Shown piece after piece: positions 1-10,562 of a stretch of 64,000 bases of DNA. This DNA comes from Desulfurellales bacterium (GTDB taxonomy: Bacteria; Campylobacterota_A; Desulfurellia; Desulfurellales; Hippeaceae), in NCBI GenBank assembly GCA_027064065.1, contig JAMOQJ010000012.1, positions 19 to 64,018 on the forward strand, written 5' to 3'. Under the pieces are notes generated by a model that was not told the origin of the DNA, made no database searches, and worked only from the letters and a program-made list of their open reading frames with translations. The position numbers and the translations under genes are program-made. Each line of letters opens with the position of its first letter. Position 1 is the stretch's first letter.

Positions 1-2
1 CT

Positions 3-728
3 ATATATGAATTAATAAAAAGTGAGACAGATTTTGATTTTGATGTTAGTGCAGGCCACTCTCTTGGTGAATATTCTGCTTTGGTTGCTTCTGGTTCGTT
101 GGATATTGCCGATGCCGTTTTCGCTGTCCATAAAAGAGGCCAATTTATGCAGGAAGCTGTGAAAGAAGGCGTAGGTGCTATGGCTGCAATTTTAACAAAA
201 AATCACAATAGAGTTGAAGAGATTTGCGAGATGGTTTCTAAAGAGTCTGACGATAGCTATTGCAATATAGCAAATTATAATGCCAAAAATCAGGTTATAG
301 TATCAGGATATAAAAAAGGCGTAGAAAGAATTATGGAAGAAGCAAAAAAGGAAGGTTTAGGCAAAGCCATTCCGCTAAACGTTAGCGCTCCTTTCCATTG
401 CAATTTAATGAAACCGGTTGAAGATAAAATGGCTAAAGTCTTGGACGAGATAGCTCTTAAAAACCCAAAAAAGCCTGTTATAGAGAATGTTTATGCAGAC
501 GTAATAGAAAGCAAGGAACAGATAAAAAGATACTTGATAGAGCAGATAACAAAACCTGTAAAATGGATTCAAAACATAGAAAAGGCTATTGATTTAGGGT
601 GTAGTGAATTTGTAGAATTTGGTCCTAAAAACGTTCTTTCGGCAATGCTCAAAAGGGATTATAGGAAAGCAAATATAAATTATGTTGTTGACTTAGAAAG
701 CTATAATGGTTATAAGGATAAAATATGA
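3..728 (+). CDS. fabD: Malonyl-CoA:ACP transacylase (5' end outside window)
   Basis: GHSLGEY catalytic motif in frame upstream of the listed ORF start; ANYN and SAPFH motifs; precedes fabG. Confidence 0.95.
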   Translation: MYELIKSETDFDFDVSAGHSLGEYSALVASGSLDIADAVFAVHKRGQFMQEAVKEGVGAMAAILTKNHNRVEEICEMVSKESDDSYCNIANYNAKNQVIVSGYKKGVERIMEEAKKEGLGKAIPLNVSAPFHCNLMKPVEDKMAKVLDEIALKNPKKPVIENVYADVIESKEQIKRYLIEQITKPVKWIQNIEKAIDLGCSEFVEFGPKNVLSAMLKRDYRKANINYVVDLESYNGYKDKI

Positions 729-1468
729 AGTTTGCAGGTAGCGTAGCGCTAATCACAGGCGCATCAAAGGGTATAGGTGCTCAAATAGCAAGACAGCTTG
801 CGCAAAAGGGTATAGTTGTGCTTGTAAATTATTCGAGTAGCGACGATGCGGCTATTGCTCTTCAACAAGAGATAAGAAGAGATGGCGGCGAGTGCGAATT
901 GTATAAATTTAATGTTGCTGATTTTTCACAAGTTAAAACAGCTATTGATGGAATAATAAAAAAATACAAAAAGATTGATTACTTAATAAATAATGCCGGG
1001 ATTACATCGGACAATCTTTTGTTAAAGATGAGCGAAGAGGAATTTTCAAAAGTAATAGATGTTAATTTGAAGGGTGCCTTTAATTGCACAAAGCATGTCT
1101 CTCGATGGATGATTAAGAATAAGTTTGGCGTGATAATTAATATTTCGAGTATTATCGGACTTATGGGTAATGCTGGACAATCAAACTATGCAGCATCAAA
1201 ATCTGGGTTAATAGGTTTTACAAAATCCTTAGCAAAGGAATTGGGCTCAAGAAATATAAGGGTGAACGCTATAGCACCCGGTTTTATAGAAACAGAGATG
1301 ACAGAGAAGTTAAATATAATACAGAAGAAAACGCTTGTGAGCTCTATAGCGTTAAAAAGACTTGGCAGTACTGAAGATGTAGCAAATTTAGTTGAGTTTT
1401 TAATAAGCGAAGAAGCTTCATATATAACCGGAGAGACCATCAATATTAGTGGTGGATTGTATATATAA
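725..1468 (+). CDS. fabG: 3-oxoacyl-ACP reductase
   Basis: TGASKGIG, NNAGIT and YAASK SDR motifs; fab operon context. Confidence 0.95.
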   Translation: MKFAGSVALITGASKGIGAQIARQLAQKGIVVLVNYSSSDDAAIALQQEIRRDGGECELYKFNVADFSQVKTAIDGIIKKYKKIDYLINNAGITSDNLLLKMSEEEFSKVIDVNLKGAFNCTKHVSRWMIKNKFGVIINISSIIGLMGNAGQSNYAASKSGLIGFTKSLAKELGSRNIRVNAIAPGFIETEMTEKLNIIQKKTLVSSIALKRLGSTEDVANLVEFLISEEASYITGETINISGGLYI

Positions 1469-1489
1469 AAAATAGAGGAGGTTTGGATT

Positions 1490-1720
1490 ATGTCAGTTGC
1501 AGATGAGGTAAAACAGATTATCATTGAACAGTTGGGAGTTGATGAAGAAGAGGTAAAACCAGAAGCTAAATTTGTAGAGGATTTGGGTGCTGACTCTTTG
1601 GATACGGTTGAGCTTGTAATGGCAATGGAAGAGAAGTTTGGTATAGATATTCCTGATTCTGATGCTGAGCAGATTAAAACGGTTCAGGATGCTATAGACT
1701 ACGTAGAACAACACAAATAA
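1490..1720 (+). CDS. acpP: Acyl carrier protein
   Basis: [11 protein letters not shown] phosphopantetheine motif. Confidence 0.98.
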   Translation: MSVADEVKQIIIEQLGVDEEEVKPEAKFVEDLGADSLDTVELVMAMEEKFGIDIPDSDAEQIKTVQDAIDYVEQHK

Positions 1721-1730
1721 GGTTGTAGAT

Positions 1731-2966
1731 ATGAGAAGAGTTGTTGTTACAGGTGTTGGAGCTTTAACGCCTGTAGGCTTAAGCGCCAAGGAGAGTTTTG
1801 AGAATGCTTGCAAAGGCGTAAGCGGTATAGATAAAATAACTCGATTTGACGCAAGCAATCTTACCGTTCAGATAGCCGGAGAGGTTAAAGGATTTGAACC
1901 TGCGAAATATGTAGACAAAAAAGATATAAAAAAAATAGACCTTTTTTCTCTTTATGCTATTGCCGCATCAAAAGAGGCTTTGGAATCATCTGGTATAGAT
2001 ATAAACAAAGAAAACCCTTTTAGGGTAGGTGTTAGTGTTGGCTCGGGTATAGGTGGTTTAGGTACTATAGAAAAGTACAATGAAGCGTATTTAAAAAGAG
2101 GTCAAAAAGGCGTATCTCCGTTCTTTATTCCAATTGCTGTGATTAATATGGCAAGCGGAAATATAGCTATGCAGTTTGGGTTAAAAGGTCCAAACTTTAG
2201 CGATGTTACAGCATGTGCAACGGGAACCCATTCTATAGGATTAGCAGCAAGAGCAATAGCTTACGGTGATGCTGATGTTATGGTTTGTGGCGGTAGTGAA
2301 TCTACGATTACGCCTCTTGCTGTTTCTGGTTTTGCCAACATGAAGGCTTTATCTACAAGAAACGATGAACCGACAAAGGCATCCAGGCCTTTTGATAGGG
2401 ATAGAGATGGGTTTATTATAGCTGAAGGTGCTGGTGTGTTGATACTTGAAGAGTATGAGCATGCTAAAAAAAGAGGTGCGGAAATCTTAGCTGAGTTTGC
2501 GGGTTTTGGTATGAGTGATGATGCTTATCACTTTACAGCACCCGACCCAAACGGCGAAGGCGCAAAATATGCTATAAAAATGGCTTTGGATGATGCAAAG
2601 ATAGAGCCAACTGAGGTTGATTATATAAATGCTCACGGAACATCCACCCATTTTAACGACATAATAGAAACAAAAGCCATAAAAGAGATATTTGGTGAGC
2701 ATGCCTATAAGCTTGCTATAAGTTCAACAAAATCAGTTACAGGTCATCTATTGGGAGCTGCGGGTGGAGTCGAAGCTGTGTTCAGCATACTTGCAATTAA
2801 AAATTCTACAATTCCGCCTACTATGAATCTTGAAAACCCAGATGATGAATGTGATTTGTTTTATACTCCGAATGAAGCCATAAGTAGAAATATAAACTAT
2901 GCAATGTCAAACTCATTTGGGTTTGGCGGCACAAACGCAGTTGTAGTATTTAAGAAATTTAGCTAG
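1731..2966 (+). CDS. fabF: Beta-ketoacyl-ACP synthase II
   Basis: [21 protein letters not shown] and NSFGFGGTN motifs. Confidence 0.97.
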   Translation: MRRVVVTGVGALTPVGLSAKESFENACKGVSGIDKITRFDASNLTVQIAGEVKGFEPAKYVDKKDIKKIDLFSLYAIAASKEALESSGIDINKENPFRVGVSVGSGIGGLGTIEKYNEAYLKRGQKGVSPFFIPIAVINMASGNIAMQFGLKGPNFSDVTACATGTHSIGLAARAIAYGDADVMVCGGSESTITPLAVSGFANMKALSTRNDEPTKASRPFDRDRDGFIIAEGAGVLILEEYEHAKKRGAEILAEFAGFGMSDDAYHFTAPDPNGEGAKYAIKMALDDAKIEPTEVDYINAHGTSTHFNDIIETKAIKEIFGEHAYKLAISSTKSVTGHLLGAAGGVEAVFSILAIKNSTIPPTMNLENPDDECDLFYTPNEAISRNINYAMSNSFGFGGTNAVVVFKKFS

Positions 2967-2993
2967 GCAGTTTGTGCCTAGCTTTTCTTTTTT
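2961..2993 (+). terminator. Intrinsic terminator after fabF
   Basis: AGCTAGGCA-gtttg-TGCCTAGCT stem followed by a T-rich tract. Confidence 0.75.
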
Positions 2994-3638
2994 ATGAAAC
3001 CTATATTTTTTGACTTAGACGGTACGCTTATAGATTCAAAACTTGATATAGCAAATAGCGTCAATTCAGCCTTAAAACATTTTAATCTTTTGCCCATAAA
3101 AAACGAAAAGATTTATGAGTTTGTTGGAACAGGTGTAAAACAACTGCTCATAGATTGTTTGACACTTCAAAATAAAATGGATGTGTTTGATGATTTTTTT
3201 GACTATTTCTTAAATTACTACTACAATCACCTTTTGGACAATACCGTTTTATACGACGGCGTTGAAGATGTGCTCAACAATCTATATAAAAAATATGAAC
3301 TATTTATAGTTACCAATAAGAGTGAGGTTTTTGCCTATAAGGTTGTTGAAGGTTTGAATATTGGTGATTATTTTAAGGATATAGTAGGAGGAGATACTTA
3401 TAAAAACAAAAAACCTCATCCTGAGCAGATACTGCAGCTTGCCAAAAGGTATAAGCTCAATATAGACAATAGCATGCTTGTAGGCGATTCAGAGAGCGAT
3501 ATTATGGCTGCAAAGTCTGCAAATCTAAAAATAGCATGGGCGTCTTACGGTTTTAGAAACAAAAACATATTGCAACACTACGATGTTGATTTTATCATAA
3601 AGAAACCTAAAGATATATTGGATATTGTAGATTTCTAA
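2994..3638 (+). CDS. HAD-family phosphatase (phosphoglycolate phosphatase-like)
   Basis: FDLDGTLIDS, KPHP and VGDS motifs. Confidence 0.85.
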   Translation: MKPIFFDLDGTLIDSKLDIANSVNSALKHFNLLPIKNEKIYEFVGTGVKQLLIDCLTLQNKMDVFDDFFDYFLNYYYNHLLDNTVLYDGVEDVLNNLYKKYELFIVTNKSEVFAYKVVEGLNIGDYFKDIVGGDTYKNKKPHPEQILQLAKRYKLNIDNSMLVGDSESDIMAAKSANLKIAWASYGFRNKNILQHYDVDFIIKKPKDILDIVDF

Positions 3639-3946
3639 TTATTCACTTCTCCAATTTTTTTCTGTATAGATGCTATCTTTTGCTCCATTCTATTATTAAC
3701 GTTTTTCCTTATATCGAATTTTATAGTTGAATAAATTCTGTTACAGTCAGGCTCTAAACATTTATAAGCTGCATTAATTACGTTGAGTGCATCTTCCATT
3801 GTTTCTGTTTCAAACACCGTTCCCATAGGCGTTAATTTATAATTTACATTTCCTTCTTTAAACATTTTTATGATTCTGCTTACATAACTGCTAACGCTTT
3901 CGCCTTTATCAGTTGGAAACATGGCAAATTCAACCAACACTGACAT
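3635..3946 (-). CDS. MTH1187/DUF77 thiamine-binding family protein
   Basis: SVSSYV and LTPMGTVFE patterns, about 100 aa. Confidence 0.8.
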   Translation of the reverse strand: MSVLVEFAMFPTDKGESVSSYVSRIIKMFKEGNVNYKLTPMGTVFETETMEDALNVINAAYKCLEPDCNRIYSTIKFDIRKNVNNRMEQKIASIQKKIGEVNN

Positions 3947-3956
3947 ATATTTCCTC

Positions 3957-4349
3957 CTATTTTACCGGAAGGTTTTTTGCACATTCCGGCAGTCGTGTTA
4001 TTTTTGAACCCTTTTTTATTGCCACAGACAGTATGTCTATTGAAGCCCTTAATTCATTATCCACCTTTATATCAAAATGTAGTATAAGACTAGCTTTTTT
4101 AAGCTCTTTAACGCAAACATAGACGTCAACATTCTCACCCAGTTCAATACTTTTGATGTATTCGGCTTTTACTTCTTTGACTACAAGGTATATATCTTCG
4201 TAGTGCAATTTAAACAAATCGCACGAATGTTTTAGAAAGAATTCCTGTTTGGCTCTTTCGCAAAATTTCAGATAGTTTGCATAATATACAACACCACCTG
4301 CGTCTGTATCGTCGTAGTATATTTTGGTAGAGTAGCTTAATTCACACAT
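3957..4349 (-). CDS. YbgC/FadM family acyl-CoA thioesterase
   Basis: YYDDTDAGGVVYYANYL motif. Confidence 0.9.
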   Translation of the reverse strand: MCELSYSTKIYYDDTDAGGVVYYANYLKFCERAKQEFFLKHSCDLFKLHYEDIYLVVKEVKAEYIKSIELGENVDVYVCVKELKKASLILHFDIKVDNELRASIDILSVAIKKGSKITRLPECAKNLPVK

Positions 4350-5559
4350 CTTTTTTCTCCGTTAACAACTGTTTTGTGTATTGTTTTGCTTTTTCCACAC
4401 CCGGTTGATTAAAAGGGTCTATCTCTAAAATTTCTCCAGCTTTTGCTGTTGCAATCATTAGAGACATATACAATGCCCCTAAGGAAAATTCATTTTTTTC
4501 TTTTAAGAATACATCACCACACGGGACATTTTTTTCTGTTAGGGCTTTGAAGGTTGCTTTTTTTTGGGTACTCATAATTTCTGTAACCTTCTTGTTTTTA
4601 AGGTATGAAAAACCTTTAATCTCGTCCACAATAAAATCACTGTCTGCTACCGTGTCCAAAAAAATAATAACCTTATCTTTTTTTCCATCTGAATAGAGTT
4701 GAAGTTGCGAATGTTGGTCTGTTGTGCCCAAAGCCTTTATTACGGTTTGACCTTTTTCTTGTTTTCCCAAACTCTCTGCCCAAAGTTGCCTAAACCAATC
4801 TACGATACCGTATAATGAATCCTTGTATGCGAACATAACCAATATATTTTTGCCTTTTTTGTATTCTCCTAAGGTAAATTTCGTAAAGTCATTTGGAAAA
4901 TTCCAACCGTTTCTATATGACCTAACGGCTGTTTTTGCGCCTTCTATGAATGTTTCTATATCATTCCCAAAGAAAGCTATGGGAATAAGTCCTACAGATG
5001 TAAATACGCTAAATCTGCCACCTGTATCATCAGGTATAAAAAAGGTTTTGATGTTATGTTCTTTGGCAAATTCATACAAAAATCCATGTTGCGATGTAGT
5101 AAATACAAAGTGATTATGTATATTGTCTTTTAGTGTCTTTTTTAAAGATTCGTATATAATGGCAAATTGCACTATCGTTTCAGTTGTTGAGCCGCTTTTT
5201 GATACTATATGAAATAGTGTTTCATGTGGATTTAAAGAGAGCACAAACTTCAATCGTTGCGGGTCTATATTATCCAAAACAAAATACTTTTTATCTTTTG
5301 TGTAGTTAAAATATATGCCATTTAAAAATTCTATGGAAGATGTAGCTCCGAGTGCACTACCGCCAATTCCTATTTGGACAAAATTTTTAAAATTGTTTAC
5401 AGAAGATATGTAATTTTTAACATCATCTACCAAATTTTTTGTACACAGACTCCTAATGAAACCGTAATTAGTTTTGTAGTCTAATTTAGGTTGATAGTCG
5501 ATATTAAACGTGTAGTCAAATAAACTCTCCATTCTTGAAACTTCTGGCATTTTTTTCAT
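4342..5559 (-). CDS. pgi: Glucose-6-phosphate isomerase
   Basis: GIGGSALG, SKSGSTTET, GGRFSV, QLWAESLGK, DQHS and QPGVE motifs. Confidence 0.93.
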   Translation of the reverse strand: MKKMPEVSRMESLFDYTFNIDYQPKLDYKTNYGFIRSLCTKNLVDDVKNYISSVNNFKNFVQIGIGGSALGATSSIEFLNGIYFNYTKDKKYFVLDNIDPQRLKFVLSLNPHETLFHIVSKSGSTTETIVQFAIIYESLKKTLKDNIHNHFVFTTSQHGFLYEFAKEHNIKTFFIPDDTGGRFSVFTSVGLIPIAFFGNDIETFIEGAKTAVRSYRNGWNFPNDFTKFTLGEYKKGKNILVMFAYKDSLYGIVDWFRQLWAESLGKQEKGQTVIKALGTTDQHSQLQLYSDGKKDKVIIFLDTVADSDFIVDEIKGFSYLKNKKVTEIMSTQKKATFKALTEKNVPCGDVFLKEKNEFSLGALYMSLMIATAKAGEILEIDPFNQPGVEKAKQYTKQLLTEKKDV

Positions 5560-5628
5560 TTCTACCTCATAATTTGAATATGTTTATCTCTTGTGAAGGT
5601 TTATCACTCCATCCTTTTTATTTAAGAT

Positions 5629-5652
5629 AAGGAAAGGCTTAAGCCCTTCCTT
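5629..5652 (-). terminator. Hairpin downstream of fba
   Basis: AAGGAAAGGCT/AGCCCTTCCTT imperfect inverted repeat just after the fba stop. Confidence 0.5.
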
Positions 5653-5658
5653 GAATAA

Positions 5659-6645
5659 TTATACCCTAAATGCCGAACCTAAAACCTCTTTATTTTTTCT
5701 TTCATACATCTTGATAAGCTCATCTCTTGCTGGACCTAAATATTTTCTTGGGTCAAATTCTTGTGGTTTATTCCATAAAACTTCCCTTACCTTAGCCGTC
5801 ATAACGAGTCTTCCGTCTGAGTCAATATTGATTTTACAAACCGCACTTTTTGCAGCTTTTCTCAATTGGTCTTCAGGCACACCCACAGCACCTTCTAAGT
5901 TACCGCCATACTGATTTATTATTTTTACATATTCCTGAAGAACGCTTGATGCTCCATGCAGCACTATTGGAAATCCAGGGATTCTTTTTTCTATCTCTTC
6001 AAGGATATCAAACCTTAATGGTGGAACTTCTTCTCCTTCCTTTAATTTAAATTTATAAGCGCCATGAGATGTTCCTATGGCTATAGCCAATGAATCTACT
6101 TTTGTCCTGTTTACGAAATCCTCAACGTCGTCTGGATTTGTGTATGTGTGCTCTTCGGCTTTGACATCATCTTCTATGCCTGCCAAAACACCCAATTCTC
6201 CTTCTACGGTTACATCATATTGATGAGCATATTCAACGACCTTTTTTGTAAGTTCGATATTTTCTTCATACGGCAGATGGCTTCCGTCAATCATCACAGA
6301 AGAAAAACCCATATCAACGCAACTTTTGCATAGCTCAAAGCTATCGCCATGGTCTAAATGCATGGCTATAGGAATTTCTTTTAAATTATTCTCCTTTGCT
6401 AACTCCTTCATAAATTCTACTGCTCCTTGCCCCATCCATCTTAAAAGCGTTTGATTGGCATAATTTCTTGCGCCTTTTGATACCTGAAGGATGACAGGAG
6501 ATTGCGTCATGGTGCATGCTGTAATAATGGCTTGTAACTGCTCCATATTATTAAAGTTGTAGGCAGGAACAGCATAACCCTTCTCTATTGCATCTTTGAA
6601 CATATCTTTAGTATTAACAAAACCCAACTTACTGTAATGAATCAT
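5659..6645 (-). CDS. fba: Class II fructose-bisphosphate aldolase
   Basis: HLDHG, SVMIDGS, GTSHGAYK, LHGAS and KINIDSD motifs. Confidence 0.96.
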   Translation of the reverse strand: MIHYSKLGFVNTKDMFKDAIEKGYAVPAYNFNNMEQLQAIITACTMTQSPVILQVSKGARNYANQTLLRWMGQGAVEFMKELAKENNLKEIPIAMHLDHGDSFELCKSCVDMGFSSVMIDGSHLPYEENIELTKKVVEYAHQYDVTVEGELGVLAGIEDDVKAEEHTYTNPDDVEDFVNRTKVDSLAIAIGTSHGAYKFKLKEGEEVPPLRFDILEEIEKRIPGFPIVLHGASSVLQEYVKIINQYGGNLEGAVGVPEDQLRKAAKSAVCKINIDSDGRLVMTAKVREVLWNKPQEFDPRKYLGPARDELIKMYERKNKEVLGSAFRV

Positions 6646-6813
6646 AAAACCTCCCTTTTTTGATTGTAGTTTACATATAAGTTATAATAAGATTTTTTGA
6701 TACATTCAAGAAAAATCAAACAAAATTTTACATTGAGTAAAATTTTGTTTGCATAAACCTTTATTTTTCATATTCTAAATTGTTTATTGTGGAGAATTAA
6801 GGAAGGGTAGTTT

Positions 6814-7701
6814 ATGAAAGATATATCAGTTTTAGCTTTACTTTTTTTAGCGACGTTTGCGTGGGGTGTCGGTTTTCCTATATCTAAAATCGGTATTCAT
6901 TATATCCCGCCGTTTACATTTGCTCTGTTTAGGTTTTTTATTACCTCTGTTATGTTCATTATTATCTTGAACAAAAAGGATAAAAATATTCTTTCTGATA
7001 TGAAAAAATATTTTATACCGCTTTCAATGATGGGCTTGAGCGGAATAACCATATACAACTTTTTTTATCTTTATTCATTAAAGTTTACGCTTGCTTCAAA
7101 TTCCGTTTTAATAGCTTCGTTTAACCCGATAATTACTACGATAATAGCAGCAGTCTTTTTGAAAGAGAAAATAAATTTTTTCATGGGTTTGGGCATATTA
7201 ATATCCTTATTTGGCGTTTTGATAATCATAAGCCACGGTTCTTTAGATGTTATATTAAATTTTTCATTTAATTTAGGCGATATTTTTATGTTGATTGCAA
7301 CATTTTTATGGGCGGTCTATTCAGTTTTAGGAAAGAAAATAATAAGTGTCATAGGCTATTCGAAGTCGGTAGCGTTATCTACAATTTTAGGAACATTGTA
7401 TTTAATTCCTTTATCATTGTTTTTTGAAGATGGTGTAAAAAATACGTTCTCATATCCTTTTGTTGCTTGGGCAAGCGTTTTGTATATGGCTTTTGTGGCT
7501 ACGCTTTTTGCATTTAGTGTTTGGTATAAGGGAGTTGAAAGATTTGGTGCTGCAAAAACAAGTATATTTGTAAACCTTGTACCTGTATTCGGTGTTATAT
7601 CTTCATCATTTATGTTGCATGAGAAGGTGGGGCTAACTACAATTGCAGGAGGCGTTTTGGTTATAGTAGGCGTTATAATAACCAATAAATCAAGGGTTTA
7701 G
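6814..7701 (+). CDS. DMT/EamA family transporter
   Basis: About 10 hydrophobic segments in two EamA-like repeats (FLKEK, MLHEK). Confidence 0.88.
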   Translation: MKDISVLALLFLATFAWGVGFPISKIGIHYIPPFTFALFRFFITSVMFIIILNKKDKNILSDMKKYFIPLSMMGLSGITIYNFFYLYSLKFTLASNSVLIASFNPIITTIIAAVFLKEKINFFMGLGILISLFGVLIIISHGSLDVILNFSFNLGDIFMLIATFLWAVYSVLGKKIISVIGYSKSVALSTILGTLYLIPLSLFFEDGVKNTFSYPFVAWASVLYMAFVATLFAFSVWYKGVERFGAAKTSIFVNLVPVFGVISSSFMLHEKVGLTTIAGGVLVIVGVIITNKSRV

Positions 7702-7861
7702 ATTTAGTATAGTTTTATTTTGAGTAATTATAATGAAATTTTTCTTGATATTGAACGGTATTTAATCTAATATATTTTTAGTTAAGAATAGATTTAAAAA
7801 GTTCTTTCAGATAGAGAGTTATATGTTTAATAAGGCTATATCTAAACGAAGAAAGGAGTAG

Positions 7862-8488
7862 TTGCCCATGGAAACTCTTACCATTTGCGTACCGTTTTTC
7901 GCCTTACCGGGTTTGCCGAAGGAGTGTGATTCTCTTGTAGGCAATCAAAATTTAATCCTAAGGGATATTTTGGGTTTAAATCCGCTCAAGAAAGGTGAAT
8001 ATGAAAACGGACCCTATTTAGAAGGATTTAATGTTGACGGAAAGTTAGACTATGTTTTTTACTTTGAAGAAGTAGAAAAGATTGTAGAGAAGAAAGAGTA
8101 CGATAAAATTTATGTTCTCTTTAGGGCTATTTACAAACCTTACGAAAAGGACACTCAACATCTTATAATAGGTTACTATACAGTTGAAAATACAAAGGGC
8201 GTTGAAATAATACCGGGAGTTTACTCTATAACGGGAACCAGTGCGCATTTTGTAGATTATAACGATGCGTTTGATATAACCGACACTATAGTCGGATATA
8301 ACCTTCAGGACTCAATTATGAAGAGCAACAGCGAGAACCATCCGGAATATAAGGATATGATTAATGATTGGTTTAATCATATAAGTACAAAAGAAAATAA
8401 AATTGAAGACTATATAGAAAGAAGCAAACAATTAAGAGCAAAAAGAACAGAAGAAGAATTCAAAAAAGCATTAAAGGATTGTTTGTAA
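7862..8488 (+). CDS. Hypothetical protein
   Basis: 208-codon ORF with AAGGAG RBS upstream; family not recognised. Confidence 0.75.
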   Translation: MPMETLTICVPFFALPGLPKECDSLVGNQNLILRDILGLNPLKKGEYENGPYLEGFNVDGKLDYVFYFEEVEKIVEKKEYDKIYVLFRAIYKPYEKDTQHLIIGYYTVENTKGVEIIPGVYSITGTSAHFVDYNDAFDITDTIVGYNLQDSIMKSNSENHPEYKDMINDWFNHISTKENKIEDYIERSKQLRAKRTEEEFKKALKDCL

Positions 8489-8513
8489 AAATTAAATCGG
8501 AGGTATTCTTTAT

Positions 8514-10526
8514 ATGGGAGTAGATATTGACAAAAAAAGGGTTGTAACCGTCTGTGGCGACGGAGGTTGCGGGAAAACCACTCTTGTAGAAGATATTCTG
8601 TTTTTAACAAAAAAAATCACGAGAAAGGGTTCAACCGATAAAGGTAATACAACAATGGATTTTGATTCTGAAGAGATAGAAAGAAAAATATCGCTTCAAT
8701 TGGCAGTAGGAAATACACAGTGGAAGAAGCATTTAATCTATTTTATAGATACACCGGGATATCATAATTTTATAGCAGATGCTTTGTGTGGTATCAGGGC
8801 GGGTGATTCAGTTTTGATGGTTGTTGATGCAAAAGACGGTTCAAAAGCTCAGACAGAAAGGCTTTTTGCCGAAGCGCAAAGGGAAAAGAAACCTGTCTTA
8901 TTTTATCTTAACGGATTGGATAAGGAAGATGTTGATGTAAATGCAGCTGTTGACTCCATAAAAAACGATTTAAGTGAAAAGGCTTTTTTGTTGCATTTTC
9001 CTATAGTTGAGAATAATGAGTTTAAAGGATATGTTGATATACTTGAACAGAAAGCTTATGACTATGAAAAGGGAGAAATAGACGTTCCTTCCAATTTGAG
9101 TGATATGCTTGAAGAAAAGTATATGGAATTGGTTGAAGAAATTTCCACATACGACGATGAACTGATGGAAAAATATTTGGAAGGTGAAGAGCTTGATAAG
9201 GATGTTCTTGTTAAAACGCTAAAAATAGCCATTGAAGAAGCATCGTTTTATCCAATAACAATAGGTTCTGCTTTGAAGGGTTTGGGTAGTGAGCAACTAT
9301 TGAATTCTATCATTGATTTGCTTCCTGCTCCCAAGGAAGAGTATGATAAGGATGTAGCTTTGGTATTTAAAACCTACAATGACCCTCAATTGGGTAAGAT
9401 GAGTCTTTTAAGGGTTTGTTCTGGAACATTCTCATCCGACTCCAATTATTTTAACGTCAATAAAGACCAAGAAGAAAGACTCGGTGCTTTGCAACTGATG
9501 CAGGGTAAAAATTTGTCAAAAACTGAAGAAGCTACAGCGGGAGACATAGTAGCCGTTGCAAAACTTAAGGTAACTCAAACTGGCGATACAATATCTACTA
9601 AAGGTTCTGATATTGTTTGTGATTTTGTTGAGATGCCTTTGCCCTTTATCTCTTATGCGGTTTATGGAACATCGAAGGGAGATGAAGAAAAACTGGGTGC
9701 GGCTATCAGCAAGATGATAGAGTCTGACCCATCCTTAAAGTTTGAGAGAAACGATGAAACGAAAGAGTTTATCTTGACAGGTATGGGAGCTATGCACCTT
9801 GAAGTTACAGCGTCGAAATTGAAGAGCAAGTTTGGCGTTGAGGCTACATTAAAATTGCCTAAGGTTGCCTACAAGGAGACAATTAAAGGAAAAACACGTT
9901 CTCACGGTAGATACAAAAAACAAACAGGAGGACATGGTCAGTTTGGAGACTGTGTCATAGAAATAGAGCCACTTTCAAGAGGCGGTGGCTTTGAGTTTGA
10001 AGATTTGATTGTTGGTGGCGCTATACCGAAACAGTTTATACCTTCCGTAGAAAAAGGTATAAAAGCGGCGATGGAACAGGGCGTTGTTGCTGGATATCCT
10101 ATGATTGACATAAAGATTAAGCTTGTAGACGGTTCATACCATCCTGTTGATTCAAGCGATTTGGCGTTTCAAATGGCGGGCTCTATTGCTTTTAAAGATG
10201 GTGTTGTGAAATGCAAACCCGTTTTGCTTGAGCCTGTAGTTGAAATGGAAGTGTATGTGCCTGACGAGAATATGGGCGATGTTATAGGTGATTTGAATTC
10301 AAGAAGAGGCAGGGTTCTTGGAATGGAGCCTTACGAAGATAAGAAAGGTTATCAAAGAATAAGAGCGCTTGTTCCGCAAGCCGAAATACTTGAATATGCG
10401 CCATCGCTTAGGTCTATAACAGGCGGAAGGGCATTCTTTAAATATCATTTCTCTACATATGAAGAAGTGCCTCAACAGATAGCTGAAAAAATTATTGAAG
10501 AATCTAAACAAGAAAAAGAAGGTTAA
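8514..10526 (+). CDS. Elongation factor G paralogue (EF-G2-like)
   Basis: EF-G domain order with GMGAMHL, KKQTGGHGQFG, DGSYHPVDSS and LLEP; divergent G-domain. Confidence 0.92.
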   Translation: MGVDIDKKRVVTVCGDGGCGKTTLVEDILFLTKKITRKGSTDKGNTTMDFDSEEIERKISLQLAVGNTQWKKHLIYFIDTPGYHNFIADALCGIRAGDSVLMVVDAKDGSKAQTERLFAEAQREKKPVLFYLNGLDKEDVDVNAAVDSIKNDLSEKAFLLHFPIVENNEFKGYVDILEQKAYDYEKGEIDVPSNLSDMLEEKYMELVEEISTYDDELMEKYLEGEELDKDVLVKTLKIAIEEASFYPITIGSALKGLGSEQLLNSIIDLLPAPKEEYDKDVALVFKTYNDPQLGKMSLLRVCSGTFSSDSNYFNVNKDQEERLGALQLMQGKNLSKTEEATAGDIVAVAKLKVTQTGDTISTKGSDIVCDFVEMPLPFISYAVYGTSKGDEEKLGAAISKMIESDPSLKFERNDETKEFILTGMGAMHLEVTASKLKSKFGVEATLKLPKVAYKETIKGKTRSHGRYKKQTGGHGQFGDCVIEIEPLSRGGGFEFEDLIVGGAIPKQFIPSVEKGIKAAMEQGVVAGYPMIDIKIKLVDGSYHPVDSSDLAFQMAGSIAFKDGVVKCKPVLLEPVVEMEVYVPDENMGDVIGDLNSRRGRVLGMEPYEDKKGYQRIRALVPQAEILEYAPSLRSITGGRAFFKYHFSTYEEVPQQIAEKIIEESKQEKEG

Positions 10527-10530
10527 ACTT

Positions 10531-10560
10531 AAGGCGAAGCGAAAGCGCTTCGCCTTTTTT
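10531..10560 (+). terminator. Intrinsic terminator between convergent genes
   Basis: AAGGCGAAGCG-aaag-CGCTTCGCCTT followed by TTTT. Confidence 0.85.
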
Positions 10561-10562
10561 GC

